This document shows positions 30,194 through 41,100 of a stretch of DNA of 64,000 bases, piece after piece. The notes below the pieces were generated by a model, which did no database searches, was not told where the DNA came from, and saw nothing but the letters and a program-made list of their open reading frames with translations. The DNA comes from Cyanophyceae cyanobacterium. GTDB taxonomy: Bacteria > Cyanobacteriota > Cyanobacteriia > Cyanobacteriales > Laspinemataceae. A program made the position numbers and the translations under genes. The stretch lies in the NCBI GenBank assembly GCA_038321985.1, contig JBBQFN010000002.1, positions 256,001-320,000 of the forward strand. Direction: 5' to 3'. Positions within the stretch are counted from its first letter, which is position 1. Each line of letters opens with the position of its first letter.

Positions 30194-30548
30194 TTGAATA
30201 ATAAATAAAAATAAGATTTAGGGATCTGTCTAACCTAAAAATCAGGGGGTTGATCCACGGGTTAACTTTCTGATACACCCTCTCTAAGTAAATAAACTGC
30301 GAGAGGTTAAAATTTCCTTTCTGTAAAAGCTCCCCTTGATTCCTCTCTACCGGATTTTAATCCCCGTCCGGGGTTAAACGGGAGAGGCAATTAAATAAGG
30401 AGAAACTCTATTTTATAAATAAATCCCCCGATGGAGATTTAATCGATTTGAAATCAATTATTTCAGGCTCATTTAAATATTGTTAAACTTTTAGATGAGA
30501 ACCCGAGTCAATTCTATTTACTCCAATAAAAACAAGAGTCAATGCCTT

Positions 30549-31973
30549 ATGAAATCTAAAAGAATTCTTTTTGCGTGGGTGGTAATGGGTTTGATGGCAG
30601 CAGTTGCCCCTCTAGCGGGACTTACATCGGCCGAAGCGACCTCACCAGGGTTAGGAGTAGCGTCTGCCACCCTGATTGCCAGAGGCGATCGCCAGTTGAA
30701 CCTAGATAACGTCCCGCGATCAGTACAGAGTGCGGTAATTAATGACCTTTCGCGCAATCAAAATATTCCGGAACGACAAATCCGGATTACTGAAGCAACT
30801 CGCCAAACTTGGCCTAATCCCTGTCTGGGTCTCCAGAGACCGGAGGAACTGTGTTCTCAAGTGCAAACCGAGGGATGGCGGATGGTTCTGACCGATGGTA
30901 GCGATCGCTGGGTGTATCGCACCAATGAAACAGGCCAAATCGTGCGGATAGAATCAGCCCCCCGAACTTCATCGACTGATTTACCGACTGATTTACCGCG
31001 ATCGGTATCGGATGCGGTCTTACAAGCAGTTTCCAGCCGGGCACGGATGTCGGCTAACAACTTTCGGATTGTAAAAACCGTGCGTCAGACCTGGCCGAAT
31101 GGCTGCCTCGGGGTTCCTCAAGCGATGTCGGTCTGTACGCAAGCACAGGTTGAAGGATGGGAAGTGACCGTGATCAGCGATCGCACTCAGGGTCAGCGTT
31201 GGATTTATCGCACAGATAATTCAGGTCGCACCGTTATTTTATCCGAAGCGTACGATGGTCGTTCCAGCTTACCACAATCGGTGGCTAATGCTGTCTTACA
31301 AGATGCGGCGAATCAGCAAGGTAAGTCCCTCAATCAATTTGAAATTATACAATCCCAGAGTCGAGTGTGGCCGGATAGCTGCCTGGGCCTCTCTAGCCCC
31401 AATCAGGTCTGTTCTCAAGGACAGGTTCCCGGGTGGCAAGTGACGGTTCGTCCTCGCCAAGGGTCGGGTCAACCCTGGGTTTATCATACCAATGCCTCAG
31501 GTGATGTACTCCGACTCAATCAAACGGGAACTACAGTGGCTCAAACTCCCGTTAATTCCACCCAAATTCCCGACAATGAAATGCCTCAACCGTTAACCGA
31601 GGGAATCATTTTTCGGTCTATTTCTAGTGGAGGAATTACCGGACAGACTTATGAAACGGTGTTGATGAATGATGGAACATTAATGCAGGTCTTACAAGGA
31701 CCCGGTAATGCCAATGATTCGGGGCGGCGAGTGGGGCGAATTTCACCCCGAGAAGTGCAGGAATTTCGACGGTTACTTTCCCAACAGAAATTTCAGCGCT
31801 ATAACCGTTTGAATTTCCCCCCATCAGGCGGTGCTGCGGATTATATAACCGTCACTCTTTCTAGCCGTTCAAGTACGACTCGCTATGCGGATCTGATTCA
31901 AGAACAACTTCCGTCTAATTTACAGACGGTGATTCAATCTTGGAATCAAATCGTTAGTCAAATTGGCCGGTAA
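30549..31973 (+). CDS. Secreted protein with three W-P-x-x-CLG...C...GW...W(V/I)Y(R/H)T repeats plus a C-terminal domain
   Basis: Signal-peptide-like N-terminus; the three ~90-aa repeats are visible in the translation. Confidence 0.75.
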   Translation: MKSKRILFAWVVMGLMAAVAPLAGLTSAEATSPGLGVASATLIARGDRQLNLDNVPRSVQSAVINDLSRNQNIPERQIRITEATRQTWPNPCLGLQRPEELCSQVQTEGWRMVLTDGSDRWVYRTNETGQIVRIESAPRTSSTDLPTDLPRSVSDAVLQAVSSRARMSANNFRIVKTVRQTWPNGCLGVPQAMSVCTQAQVEGWEVTVISDRTQGQRWIYRTDNSGRTVILSEAYDGRSSLPQSVANAVLQDAANQQGKSLNQFEIIQSQSRVWPDSCLGLSSPNQVCSQGQVPGWQVTVRPRQGSGQPWVYHTNASGDVLRLNQTGTTVAQTPVNSTQIPDNEMPQPLTEGIIFRSISSGGITGQTYETVLMNDGTLMQVLQGPGNANDSGRRVGRISPREVQEFRRLLSQQKFQRYNRLNFPPSGGAADYITVTLSSRSSTTRYADLIQEQLPSNLQTVIQSWNQIVSQIGR

Positions 31974-32101
31974 AAGGTTGAAAATTATAGGGAATGAATC
32001 GGGATGAATTGAGATAACAATGATGGGCTTCAAGAGGAAGCAGAATGGCCTAGAACCCGGGGATTGAGGATGAACCCTGGGGTCTAATTGGCGGTAAATA
32101 G

Positions 32102-32126
32102 AATGACTGTAGCAGTGACTACAAAC
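32102..32126 (-). repeat. Degenerate copy of the GTAG-hairpin REP-like unit
   Basis: AATGACTGTAGCAGTGACTACAAAC aligns with the reverse complement of the 7570-7660 units (AACGACTAAAGTCGTTACTACAAAC). Confidence 0.55.
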
Positions 32127-32594
32127 TGGTAGAACGATTTGCGTATTTGCGCGATCGCTCTGCCAGTCTTGATTAAGGGGACATCTCCTGTTAAAATTAA
32201 AAAATCTACCCATAGGGGGTTTTACATAAACGCCCGATCAATGTTTGGGCCGGCTCGGATAAAACAGCGATCGCAACTTTCATTCAATTACTCGGGTCCC
32301 TAATAGGAAAAAAGCAGACTGTGAGTGATATCTGGTGATTTGAAGCCAGCTTTGATGAGATCACAAAGTCTTTAATTTAGGTTCCTGTTGTGGGATTATT
32401 CTGGAACTCCCAACCCTGGGATTGAAGTAGCGTTTGCGGAACCCGTAGCCTGGGTGTTGGTGTCTAAATTGATATCTGAGGGTTTGGCCCAATCCCATAA
32501 ACTCAATCGAGATCTTCCCCTAGCTGATGCAAAGTGCAATCAGGGTTAATTCCAACTGAAAGCATTTAGGTATCGCTCATAACGGAGCAGTGCT

Positions 32595-33602
32595 ATGAAC
32601 CAGGACGAACAACGACGTAAAAAACAGCCTAATCCGCTGGTACTCGCTGTCATGTTGACAGGTGTCGCACTCCTAGAAGTGCATCCCAAAGCCGCCTCTA
32701 GTGCAGTGAGCAACCCCGTGGCGATCGCGGGGCAACTTGTTCGCAACACACGCAATATCCTGCGTCAAACGGTTGACCCTTACCGTCTTCCAGATGCTGT
32801 TGTCCAGGCTGTGGAACAAGACCTTTCCCAAAAGCTGGGAATTCCCGCCTCTGAGCTAGAAATTACCGACTACAGCCTGGAACTTAAGACCCTTAAGTGT
32901 CAGGACAACTTAACTCCTACAGGGGATTGTGCCAACAAGCGCTCACAGCAATGGCGCATCGTCGTCTCTGATCGCTGGGTGTATCGCAGTGATCCCCAAG
33001 GGAAAATCCTGCACCTGGAAACCCCGGATGTGCCGGTCAGTTATCTCCCCGGATCCGTTGCTAATGCAGTCTTAGAAGCCTCCGCCCTTCATTCTGGTTT
33101 AGACATTGCTCAGCTGAGTATCACTCAGATCCAGGTCCGGGACTGGGCGAATTTTTGCCTAGAGGTAGATACATCCGGTGAAGATTGTAATAAGGGGACC
33201 GCACCGGGTTGGCAGATTGCGATCGCTGCCGGAAACGAACGCCTCGTTTATGACGTTGACCCCTCTGGGGACACCGTATTATTCAATCCTGCCTTATCTT
33301 CAACCGTTAATCCCTTAGTGCAGTCCCCTTTGCCCTCGGGTTTAGTATCCCTTGTCAAAGCCGAACTCTCAAAAAACGTGGGAATTTCGCCCAAACAAGT
33401 ACAAGTAGCAGAATATAGTCGCCAAACTTGGACCGACAATTGTCTGGGATTGCTCCATTCCCAAGCTGTCTGTGATCTCAACACCGTCAACGGCTGGCGA
33501 ATTGTCTTATCCAATGGTGGGACTCGCTGGGTTTATCGCACCGATGCCACCGGCAAAACCCTCGGCTTAGAAACTGCTATTCCCGAACATCAGAATTGGT
33601 AA
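32595..33602 (+). CDS. Paralogous secreted protein with three two-Cys repeats
   Basis: WANFCLE...C...GW, WTDNCLG...C...GW, RWVYRTD. Confidence 0.75.
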   Translation: MNQDEQRRKKQPNPLVLAVMLTGVALLEVHPKAASSAVSNPVAIAGQLVRNTRNILRQTVDPYRLPDAVVQAVEQDLSQKLGIPASELEITDYSLELKTLKCQDNLTPTGDCANKRSQQWRIVVSDRWVYRSDPQGKILHLETPDVPVSYLPGSVANAVLEASALHSGLDIAQLSITQIQVRDWANFCLEVDTSGEDCNKGTAPGWQIAIAAGNERLVYDVDPSGDTVLFNPALSSTVNPLVQSPLPSGLVSLVKAELSKNVGISPKQVQVAEYSRQTWTDNCLGLLHSQAVCDLNTVNGWRIVLSNGGTRWVYRTDATGKTLGLETAIPEHQNW

Positions 33603-34048
33603 AAATTTAAAACTTAATCCCCTTTAATCATGTAACGTTAAACCTTCGATTCTTGCCCGGGTCGGGGCTACTAACCCCTGCCCTAAGAAACTTCACCCCA
33701 AAAAGGTCCCGCTCGGAATTTACTCCCGAAGCGGGCCTATTTTCTTGAAACTCAAACTCCTCCCGATCAGAAGAGATTTTTGAGGATAAGCACTTAGGAA
33801 TCTCCGGAAAAAAAGTCTTCCACCGGATGGGCGCAAACTCTCCAAGTAGTGCTAACCTACCCATCACAAGGGTAGTATTTCATTTTTTTTGAGTTCCCGG
33901 ATCAAGTTGCCTGCGAGCCAAGCTGCCTTAGCTTTTAGACTAAGGTATTCTACACAAAAGAAGCGCTTTCCTTGAGATCAAGTCCCAGTGGCTCCAGAAA
34001 GGGAAGCGCTAACTCATCAAGGGAATCGAACTCCAGGAGGATTTTGCT

Positions 34049-35341
34049 ATGCCAGTGCCCAACAACCTGTCGATCGCCACCTGCTATTTACTCATGGGAC
34101 TCACGGGTTTCGGTCTTGCAGGATGTGGAAATGTAGGGCCGGGTTCATCCGGGGATCTCAGGCTTGACCAGCCCGTGCGATTGATAGCAGAAGCCGATCG
34201 AGAAGCCGTCTTTGTCAGCCTGCCCTCCCCTCGACGCGACCCCAACCAGAACTTTACCGCAGAGGTTCTCGAAATAGACCTCTCCGGTAAAAAGCGCCGT
34301 ATTAACGCCACCCGCAAGCAAATTGAATATACGGACTCTGTAACGGGGGAAGTAAATCGGTTACATCTGTTGGGCTTTAATTGGGCTGGAATCCAACGCT
34401 GGGTTCCCGATCCCCAGCATCCCTCCCCGCTATTCTGGCGCAATCCCCAGGACCCCACGGTGCTCTTGTTTCAACCTCAATTGAACCTCGGGGGCTTATA
34501 TTTTCTGGATACAAACATCCTAGCGATCAAGACAATCGACAACCATAAGGCACTGCGGGAGGCGATCGCCAAAACTAGGGCCTTGCCCCCCGCTCCCCCA
34601 CCACCGAATTGCAAGGAATCCGAGTGTGAGGCCGGAGTAAGAATTCTCTACTGGGCCTCCGACCCCAATTGGTCCCCCGATGGTCGTCAGATTGCCTTTA
34701 CCTCAAATCGAGAAACCTTGGGATCCGGTTCGGATATGAGTGTTTGGGTTCTGGAGGTCCCCACCGGCAAAGTGACTAAAGTCCTGGGCAGCACTGGGGA
34801 TAAATATCGGATTTTTGGGTGGACGGCAGCCGGTCGCATTTTGGCTTGGGAGTACAGTCAATCGCCCACTGCATTAGTGGCAATCTCCCCGACGGGAGGA
34901 AACAAAGAAGTTTTATTACAGGGTGAATTCCTGGAATTTCTCGCCCTCAGCGATGATTACAAAACCTTGCTCTATGCCAGCCGACCCTCTGGGGAAAACT
35001 CCACCAGCAGTTTTGCCAAACTCTATGCCTTTTCTGTGGATAGCGGAGAGAGTCAACTCCTGTTTGAAGAGACGCCCATTGAAAGGTTATCTGGTATTCG
35101 CCCGGATTTCTCCGAACAAAGCGATCGCGTGGTGGCTCTTCTGAGTGATGTAGAAGGGGGTCATACCCTCTGGGTTTATGACCTGCCTCAACAAATCAGT
35201 AAGCGCGTTTCTGTCCCTGCCGGTAAACGACTCTTTGCCACTGAGCGCAAGTTAGAGTGGGCGGGCGATCGCCTCGTGGTTCCCCTAGAAGACGTCCAAA
35301 CTCAGACCTTCAGCACCCTACTGATGGCGGTTGACTTGTAG
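34049..35341 (+). CDS. Lipoprotein with PD40/TolB-like beta-propeller
   Basis: Lipobox LAGC; DPNWSPDGRQIAFTSNR. Confidence 0.8.
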   Translation: MPVPNNLSIATCYLLMGLTGFGLAGCGNVGPGSSGDLRLDQPVRLIAEADREAVFVSLPSPRRDPNQNFTAEVLEIDLSGKKRRINATRKQIEYTDSVTGEVNRLHLLGFNWAGIQRWVPDPQHPSPLFWRNPQDPTVLLFQPQLNLGGLYFLDTNILAIKTIDNHKALREAIAKTRALPPAPPPPNCKESECEAGVRILYWASDPNWSPDGRQIAFTSNRETLGSGSDMSVWVLEVPTGKVTKVLGSTGDKYRIFGWTAAGRILAWEYSQSPTALVAISPTGGNKEVLLQGEFLEFLALSDDYKTLLYASRPSGENSTSSFAKLYAFSVDSGESQLLFEETPIERLSGIRPDFSEQSDRVVALLSDVEGGHTLWVYDLPQQISKRVSVPAGKRLFATERKLEWAGDRLVVPLEDVQTQTFSTLLMAVDL

Positions 35342-35474
35342 AATTCACCCCCTGAGTCCGGGGATAATTTTGGAGATTTTTTGAATCTACGGTTTCCCGG
35401 TCGGAATTTGCTTGTTTTTTTTCCAAGACTTTGATAGAATCGATTGCATCCCTAGCCAGTTGTTAGCAACAAAA

Positions 35475-36053
35475 ATGAGCGTTCAGCCTGGACATTTACA
35501 CGGTTTCCCACCCCAACCTTTTCCCGAGAGCGAAAGGTCGGCCCGATTAGAATCTACCCGCGAAACTTTTTACTATTTCGCCTACGGTTCTTGTATGTGT
35601 CCAGTGGATTTAAAGCGATCGCTGGGGGAAACAACCCATCAGTATGCAGTCGGTCCAGCTACCCTCAAAGGCTATCGGCTCAAATTTTCCGGGTATTCAA
35701 CCTTGCGAAATTGCGGCGTCCTTGATGTTGCCAAAGACCCATCTGCCTCTGTAGAAGGCGTTCTCTATAAACTCCCTTGGCGACTGTCTGCTCTCCTCGA
35801 CGAACGAGAAAAAGGCTATCATCACGAAACCATCGAAATTTACTCCGGCAATCAGGTTTACAAGAACGTTCGCACCTACACGGTCGCCCATAAACTTTCC
35901 GAAGAACTGCCGCCTAATGATTGGTATTTTCAGGTTGTCTTGCGCGGTGCCATCACCTGTGGACTCCCTGAAACCTACTGCTGGCATTTATTTAACTATA
36001 TGCATCAGTTGCAAAGCCGCCCGGGTCAGAATGTTTCGCTGAAAAAAGCCTAA
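35475..36053 (+). CDS. Gamma-glutamylcyclotransferase family protein
   Basis: YYFAYGSCM, VEGVLY, LDERE. Confidence 0.88.
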   Translation: MSVQPGHLHGFPPQPFPESERSARLESTRETFYYFAYGSCMCPVDLKRSLGETTHQYAVGPATLKGYRLKFSGYSTLRNCGVLDVAKDPSASVEGVLYKLPWRLSALLDEREKGYHHETIEIYSGNQVYKNVRTYTVAHKLSEELPPNDWYFQVVLRGAITCGLPETYCWHLFNYMHQLQSRPGQNVSLKKA

Positions 36054-36222
36054 ATTTTTATTTTTTTGTGGGGATGAAAGAGGGACTTAAATAAGGTCTT
36101 ATTTTGCTTAACTTTCACCCTTGATTGCTCTATCATTCCTAAATGATCAATTCCCCCGGCGATCGCATTGCTTAAACTTTCCGGAAATTCTCTAAATATA
36201 GGGATATATTTCTCCCTTAAAA

Positions 36223-36268
36223 ACCTCTAAAGACCCATTTTGTATCGTAAAAACGGGTCTTTAGAGGT
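36223..36268. terminator. Long inverted repeat between convergent genes
   Basis: ACCTCTAAAGACCC...GGGTCTTTAGAGGT. Confidence 0.7.
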
Positions 36269-36390
36269 AATTTCTCTGAGGCTACTTTCTCCCCTGTGTC
36301 TTGGCGAGAAAACAGGAGGTTAGGGCACCCTGATTGAATCAGCGGGCTTATATAAAACCCTAAAGTTTTGAGTAGGAGAAACCTAGCCTC

Positions 36391-37173
36391 TCAACTGACC
36401 TGGGCGGTCCGCTGTGCTAAGGGAACTTCAAAGCGATCGCCCGGTTGTGGGTCGATCACACGAGATGAAATCTGGTGTTTTGCTAACAAAGAGCGAAAAT
36501 CTTCGACCGTTCCTTGGGCACGAATCAAAGACATCAGTATCCCCTCAAATATCACATCGCCCCCAGCCGCAGTGGGCAGCATCACTTCGGGTTGCAGCAA
36601 TTTAGCCAGTTCTAAAGCACTTTCTTTACCCTTAATAATCGAGCCAATCAGGGGCAGAGACAAATCCACGATCGGGGCGATCGCCACACTGATCGGACCT
36701 TCATTTTTCAGAGTAGGAGAATGAGAACCGTGAGGTTCGTAATACAAACTGGTGCCAGTTTCTAAATCCCGGAGAATATAAGCATTTTCCACCAACATCG
36801 GACCGATGGGGGAACCGGGAATAGCCTTAATTTCTAGTTGATTTCCTAGGTAAAAACTTTTCCCGTGAGCCAGGGGGGTAATCTGAGTATAATTCAACTC
36901 CTGGACCACCTTCGCCGCATTTACAGACGCGACAACGGGAATATTTCGATCAAGTTCCTTTAAAGTGGCTGGGTGTGCGTGGTCTTCCAAACCCTGGGAC
37001 AGTAGAATCAAGTCGATATTGTCAGGGATTGAGCGGGCAATGCGCCGAGCGCTTTTAAACAACCACGGTTGGTTTCCAAATACTAATGGACCGACCAACC
37101 AGGGGTCAAGTAGGATCCGTTTCCCGGCTAGTTCAATGAGCCACGAATTACTGTCTAACCAAGTCAAATACAT
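36391..37173 (-). CDS. MBL-fold metallo-hydrolase
   Basis: MYLTWLDSNSWL, ILLDPW, SQGLEDHAH. Confidence 0.88.
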   Translation of the reverse strand: MYLTWLDSNSWLIELAGKRILLDPWLVGPLVFGNQPWLFKSARRIARSIPDNIDLILLSQGLEDHAHPATLKELDRNIPVVASVNAAKVVQELNYTQITPLAHGKSFYLGNQLEIKAIPGSPIGPMLVENAYILRDLETGTSLYYEPHGSHSPTLKNEGPISVAIAPIVDLSLPLIGSIIKGKESALELAKLLQPEVMLPTAAGGDVIFEGILMSLIRAQGTVEDFRSLLAKHQISSRVIDPQPGDRFEVPLAQRTAQVS

Positions 37174-37811
37174 AATCCGAATCAATCTTATTCTTATTGA
37201 TGATGCCTTGATATATTTTACGTCCTTGTTACAATTGTTTACAAGGTTTTCAGGAATTAATTTGGGGTAGGGGCTTGCATTCAGTAGATTTACGCAACCC
37301 CAATAAAAGCGCCTATGATTAACCCCTTTATTCTAGCCCACCCTAAATAAAGCCATTGGGGTCCAAAGAATTCTCCAGTCCATTGGCGATCGCTACCCCT
37401 CAAAATCTAACCCCTACAGATTGAAACTGAGGGTGGGTGAAGAAAGAAAGTGATGAACCAAAATCGCGCTAGTGAAGGGGGAAATCCAGCCTTCAGTAAG
37501 GGAATTAAACCTCATGACTAAACTAAGCCACTGCGGTTATAAAATCAATTTCCCTTTTTTTAGCTGCGATCCCCCCTAGCAACCATTTGATCCCCAATTT
37601 TAATCCCACAGATTTTTGGAGGGCGATCGCCGAGGGTCAAAAATGCTCATAGCTCAATCCTGTTACGGGATGGCCCCTAAAATAATTCCCACTGATTTAG
37701 GACTCAAATCACACTTCAAGGGAGCTTTAAATCACAGATTACCTTGCTAAAATAACCGATACTTGAGATAATAAAGTTAAAGAAATCATTACGTTTTCAC
37801 GAGGAAAGAAA

Positions 37812-38012
37812 ATGTTAATTCAGGGAAATTTTTACAAACTCACAATTTCGGAAATTTTTTGTAAAATCTGGCGCTCCGGAAAAATTACTTACCTAGAACG
37901 CTGGGGTTTAATGAGTGCCCTGCTCAAAGATTCACTGACAGAAGATGAAATGGACGCTATTAACCGCCTCCTTCACGCCGTACGACGCGGATGGTTGCGA
38001 GTCGAAGAGTAA
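37812..38012 (+). CDS. Small cyanobacterial hypothetical protein
   Basis: 66 aa, RBS-like GAGG upstream; pattern GKIT..ERWGLMSALL..SLTEDE..AINRLLHAVRRG. Confidence 0.7.
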   Translation: MLIQGNFYKLTISEIFCKIWRSGKITYLERWGLMSALLKDSLTEDEMDAINRLLHAVRRGWLRVEE

Positions 38013-38753
38013 ACTCTCTCTCAAAGTATCCGTTGTCATCCGGACCCTGACTGGCCCGATGAAGAATTGTTAGGTAGTAATCGGGTATCCAGCTAAAAAA
38101 AATAAATTTTGGGCTTGCCACAATTCAGTAGAAGGATAGCAAGATAGCTTTTCTCCGGTTTTTGAGGGATATTTGGGCTTTTGGCGGGAGCCAGACCCTT
38201 GCTCTTACCCACCCGCAGAAAGAAATCTTTCATAATTGAAGTGCCTACACCGCCGCGATCGCTTCAAAGCACTTACTTCTATATCCCGACTCCTTCTTAT
38301 ACTCCACCCCCGCCAAAACGTCTCATACGGAATTCGGAACCGAAAGGTCTTCTATAGAAAGCTGAAAGCCTTTAGGGGAGAAACCTTTATTACGTTTATG
38401 AGTAGCGGATTCCGTATCACCCTAGGGCCGCACCGCGTAGCTATACCTATTTGCTTTGCCCACTTCTCATCCCTAGCTGTACCGCACGAGTCCGCGAAGC
38501 GCTACAAATCTTTCTCACAATAGGATTAAAGGAGTAGCCCAGAGATCACACGCTCCCACTCCCCAAAAAATTATCAAATGTATTTAAACTCACTTTATAA
38601 AAAGCCTACATCATTCCTGTAGGTGCCGCACCTCAACTGCCCCGCCTACACTCTGGCAGTTTCAGACCTTATATAAATGCTCTAATTCCTTTAGGCTCGC
38701 GACATCAGAGGCTAAAATGTCTAATTCTTGCCATCTAATCGGGTCCCCCCGCC

Positions 38754-39794
38754 TTAAGTGCGAGTTTTTCCATTGGGTTGAATCACCCCGGTCAAACTTG
38801 CTCCCCGGAGGTTAACATTGACCACATTGGCTTGAGAAAGGTTTGCTCCACAAAGATTGGCTCCGGTCAAATCTGCATCCATTAGATGAGAACCCATTAG
38901 ATTAGCTTCACTCAAGTTAGCGTGACTAAGATTTGCTTGAATCAAATAAGCACCACTCAAGTTAGCAAGGCTGAGTTCAGCACCACTGAGGTTTGCGCCG
39001 GTTAGGAGTTTATCGCTTAAGTCCACCCCAGTCAAATTGGACCCACTCAAGTTAATCCCACTTAATTGCACATCTTTAAGGCAAACTTCGGTTAAATCCG
39101 TCAGACTCAAGTTTGCCTTGCTCAGATTGGCACGGCTGAGGTTAACTTCCCTGAGATCCGCTCCACTGAGATTTGCCCAATTGAGATGGGCTTCACTCAG
39201 GTTAGCTTGCTTGAGATTGGCACCACTGAGGTTGGCATGAGTTAGATCCCCTAGGCTGAGGTTAGCTTGCTTGAGCTTGGCCCCACTCAGGTTGGTTTTA
39301 GATAGGTTGGCTTGGGTTAAATCGGCCTTATTTAGGCTTGCCAGAGTCAGATTCGCTTCTCGCAGATCGGCAGATTTTAGATTCGTTCCAATTAAATAGG
39401 TTTGGCTCAGTTCGGCTTTGTTGAGAATGGCTCCACTGAGGTTAGCTCCGCTGACATCCGCATGGGTGAGATTGGCCCCACTGAGATCAGCTCCCCGGAG
39501 ATCCGCCCAATTGAGATGGGCTCCGGTTAAGTTGGCCCCACTGAGGTTGGCTCCAGCCAGGTTCGCTCCACTGAGACTGGCTCCACTTAAATTGGAGCGA
39601 CTCAGATTTGCGCCACTTAAATCGGCCTTAGTTAGATTAGCTCTACTTAAGTAGACGCCGCTGAGGTTGGCTCCACTTAAATCGGCCTTGGTGAGGGTCA
39701 GACGATTAAAATCTCTCGTCCCTCCTGCGTATTGCTGCAAGAGTTCTTCTTTGGAGAAGCTAAGCTTTTGTGCACCGAGGAGGTCCGCTGTCAT
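38754..39794 (-). CDS. Pentapeptide repeat protein
   Basis: ELLQQYAGG.RDF followed by continuous A(N/D)LSG-type repeats. Confidence 0.95.
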   Translation of the reverse strand: MTADLLGAQKLSFSKEELLQQYAGGTRDFNRLTLTKADLSGANLSGVYLSRANLTKADLSGANLSRSNLSGASLSGANLAGANLSGANLTGAHLNWADLRGADLSGANLTHADVSGANLSGAILNKAELSQTYLIGTNLKSADLREANLTLASLNKADLTQANLSKTNLSGAKLKQANLSLGDLTHANLSGANLKQANLSEAHLNWANLSGADLREVNLSRANLSKANLSLTDLTEVCLKDVQLSGINLSGSNLTGVDLSDKLLTGANLSGAELSLANLSGAYLIQANLSHANLSEANLMGSHLMDADLTGANLCGANLSQANVVNVNLRGASLTGVIQPNGKTRT

Positions 39795-40378
39795 AGCTAA
39801 AGTGCTTTCTTATAATTATTTAATCTTTCTATTAGAATCTTACTCAAATATACGGAGTCTATGAAACCGAATATTCTCTGAACTGTCGTTAATTTTTGTA
39901 ACAGCGCCAATGGGACAGGCATAGGGGGGTCAAATTCGGGTGAATTTTGATTAAATTTTGGAGAGTTTGAGAAAGGAGAACAGGTTCAAAGGCTTACTTA
40001 ACAAGGGTTTTCCCCAGTAATTTTTCTAAACAAGGATCTCTGGGGCCGCGCTCAGAGAGCGGTCCCTCTTGTTGACAGGTTAGGGATGGAAAACTAAGGT
40101 AAGTTCCTTTATTCATACCGATCGCCTACCACAATGGCCTTTTTCTCCGGAATCATAGGGCCTCCTTTCATTTGTGAATTTTTCCGTGCGGAGAAATTTA
40201 CCAGAATTTACGGTGGACAGAATCAATAAAATATGTTAATTAAAAACCTGAATTATGGACTAGGAGGGGTCCATACCTTCCGGGCGATCGTTAAAATTAC
40301 GGAGGTTTGAAGCGTGGGCCATTCCTAGCTGATAATAAACTCTTAAAGCCAAACCTGCGTGAAACAAAGGTAAAAAGA

Positions 40379-40966
40379 ATGACTTTAACCCCTTCAACGA
40401 TGCTCCCACTGGGAACCTCGGCACCGGATTTTAACCTCCCAGATGTTGTCACCACAGAGACAATCTCCCTCAGAACCTTTGCCGATAAAACCGCACTGGT
40501 TGTCATGTTTATTTGCCAACATTGTCCTTTTGTTAAGCACGTTCAACAAGAGATCGCCAATATTGGTAAGGATTATCACGATCGCGGCGTGGGAATTGTG
40601 GCGATTAGCTCTAATTTTGTGGAGACTCATCCCCAGGATGCCCCAGAGAAGCTCAAAGAAATGGCATTAGATTTGGGATTTTCGTTTCCCTATTGTTACG
40701 ACGAAACCCAAGAGGTAGCGATCGCCTATACTGCTGCTTGCACTCCCGATTTTTTTGTGTTTGATCGCAGTCGCCATTTAGTTTATCGGGGTCAACTGGA
40801 TGAGAGTCGTCCCGGCAATAGTCAACCTGTAACGGGAAAAGACTTACGTGCGGCGATCGAGGCCCTATTGGCTGGTTCCCCTATGGGTTCGGACCAAAAG
40901 CCCAGCATTGGCTGCAATATCAAATGGAAACCCGGCCATGAACCGGCCTATTATGGGGCCTGGTAG
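40379..40966 (+). CDS. Thioredoxin-fold (AhpC/TSA-like) protein
   Basis: APDF.L, FICQHCPFV, AACTPDFF, YRGQLD, SIGCNIKW. Confidence 0.92.
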   Translation: MTLTPSTMLPLGTSAPDFNLPDVVTTETISLRTFADKTALVVMFICQHCPFVKHVQQEIANIGKDYHDRGVGIVAISSNFVETHPQDAPEKLKEMALDLGFSFPYCYDETQEVAIAYTAACTPDFFVFDRSRHLVYRGQLDESRPGNSQPVTGKDLRAAIEALLAGSPMGSDQKPSIGCNIKWKPGHEPAYYGAW

Positions 40967-41071
40967 TGGTAGGAGAACATCCGCCCCGGGGAGGGAAGCT
41001 TTCTCTTCTGAGGCGATCGCAAAATTCCCCTAGACGGCGGATTTTATAAGGGACTAAAACAACAGTCAGGC

Positions 41072-41100
41072 TTGACAAAAACCATAAAGTGAGATACAAT
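41072..41100 (+). promoter_or_regulatory. Near-consensus sigma70 promoter
   Basis: TTGACA-17 bp-TACAAT. Confidence 0.7.

Noticed and set aside
32108..32123. TGTA-N8-TACA as an NtcA site
   Set aside because: Aligns with the GTAG REP-like unit and has no suitably spaced -10 box on the + strand.
39037..39864. Repetitive plus-strand ORFs (APLRL repeats)
   Set aside because: Antisense shadows of the pentapeptide repeat gene.
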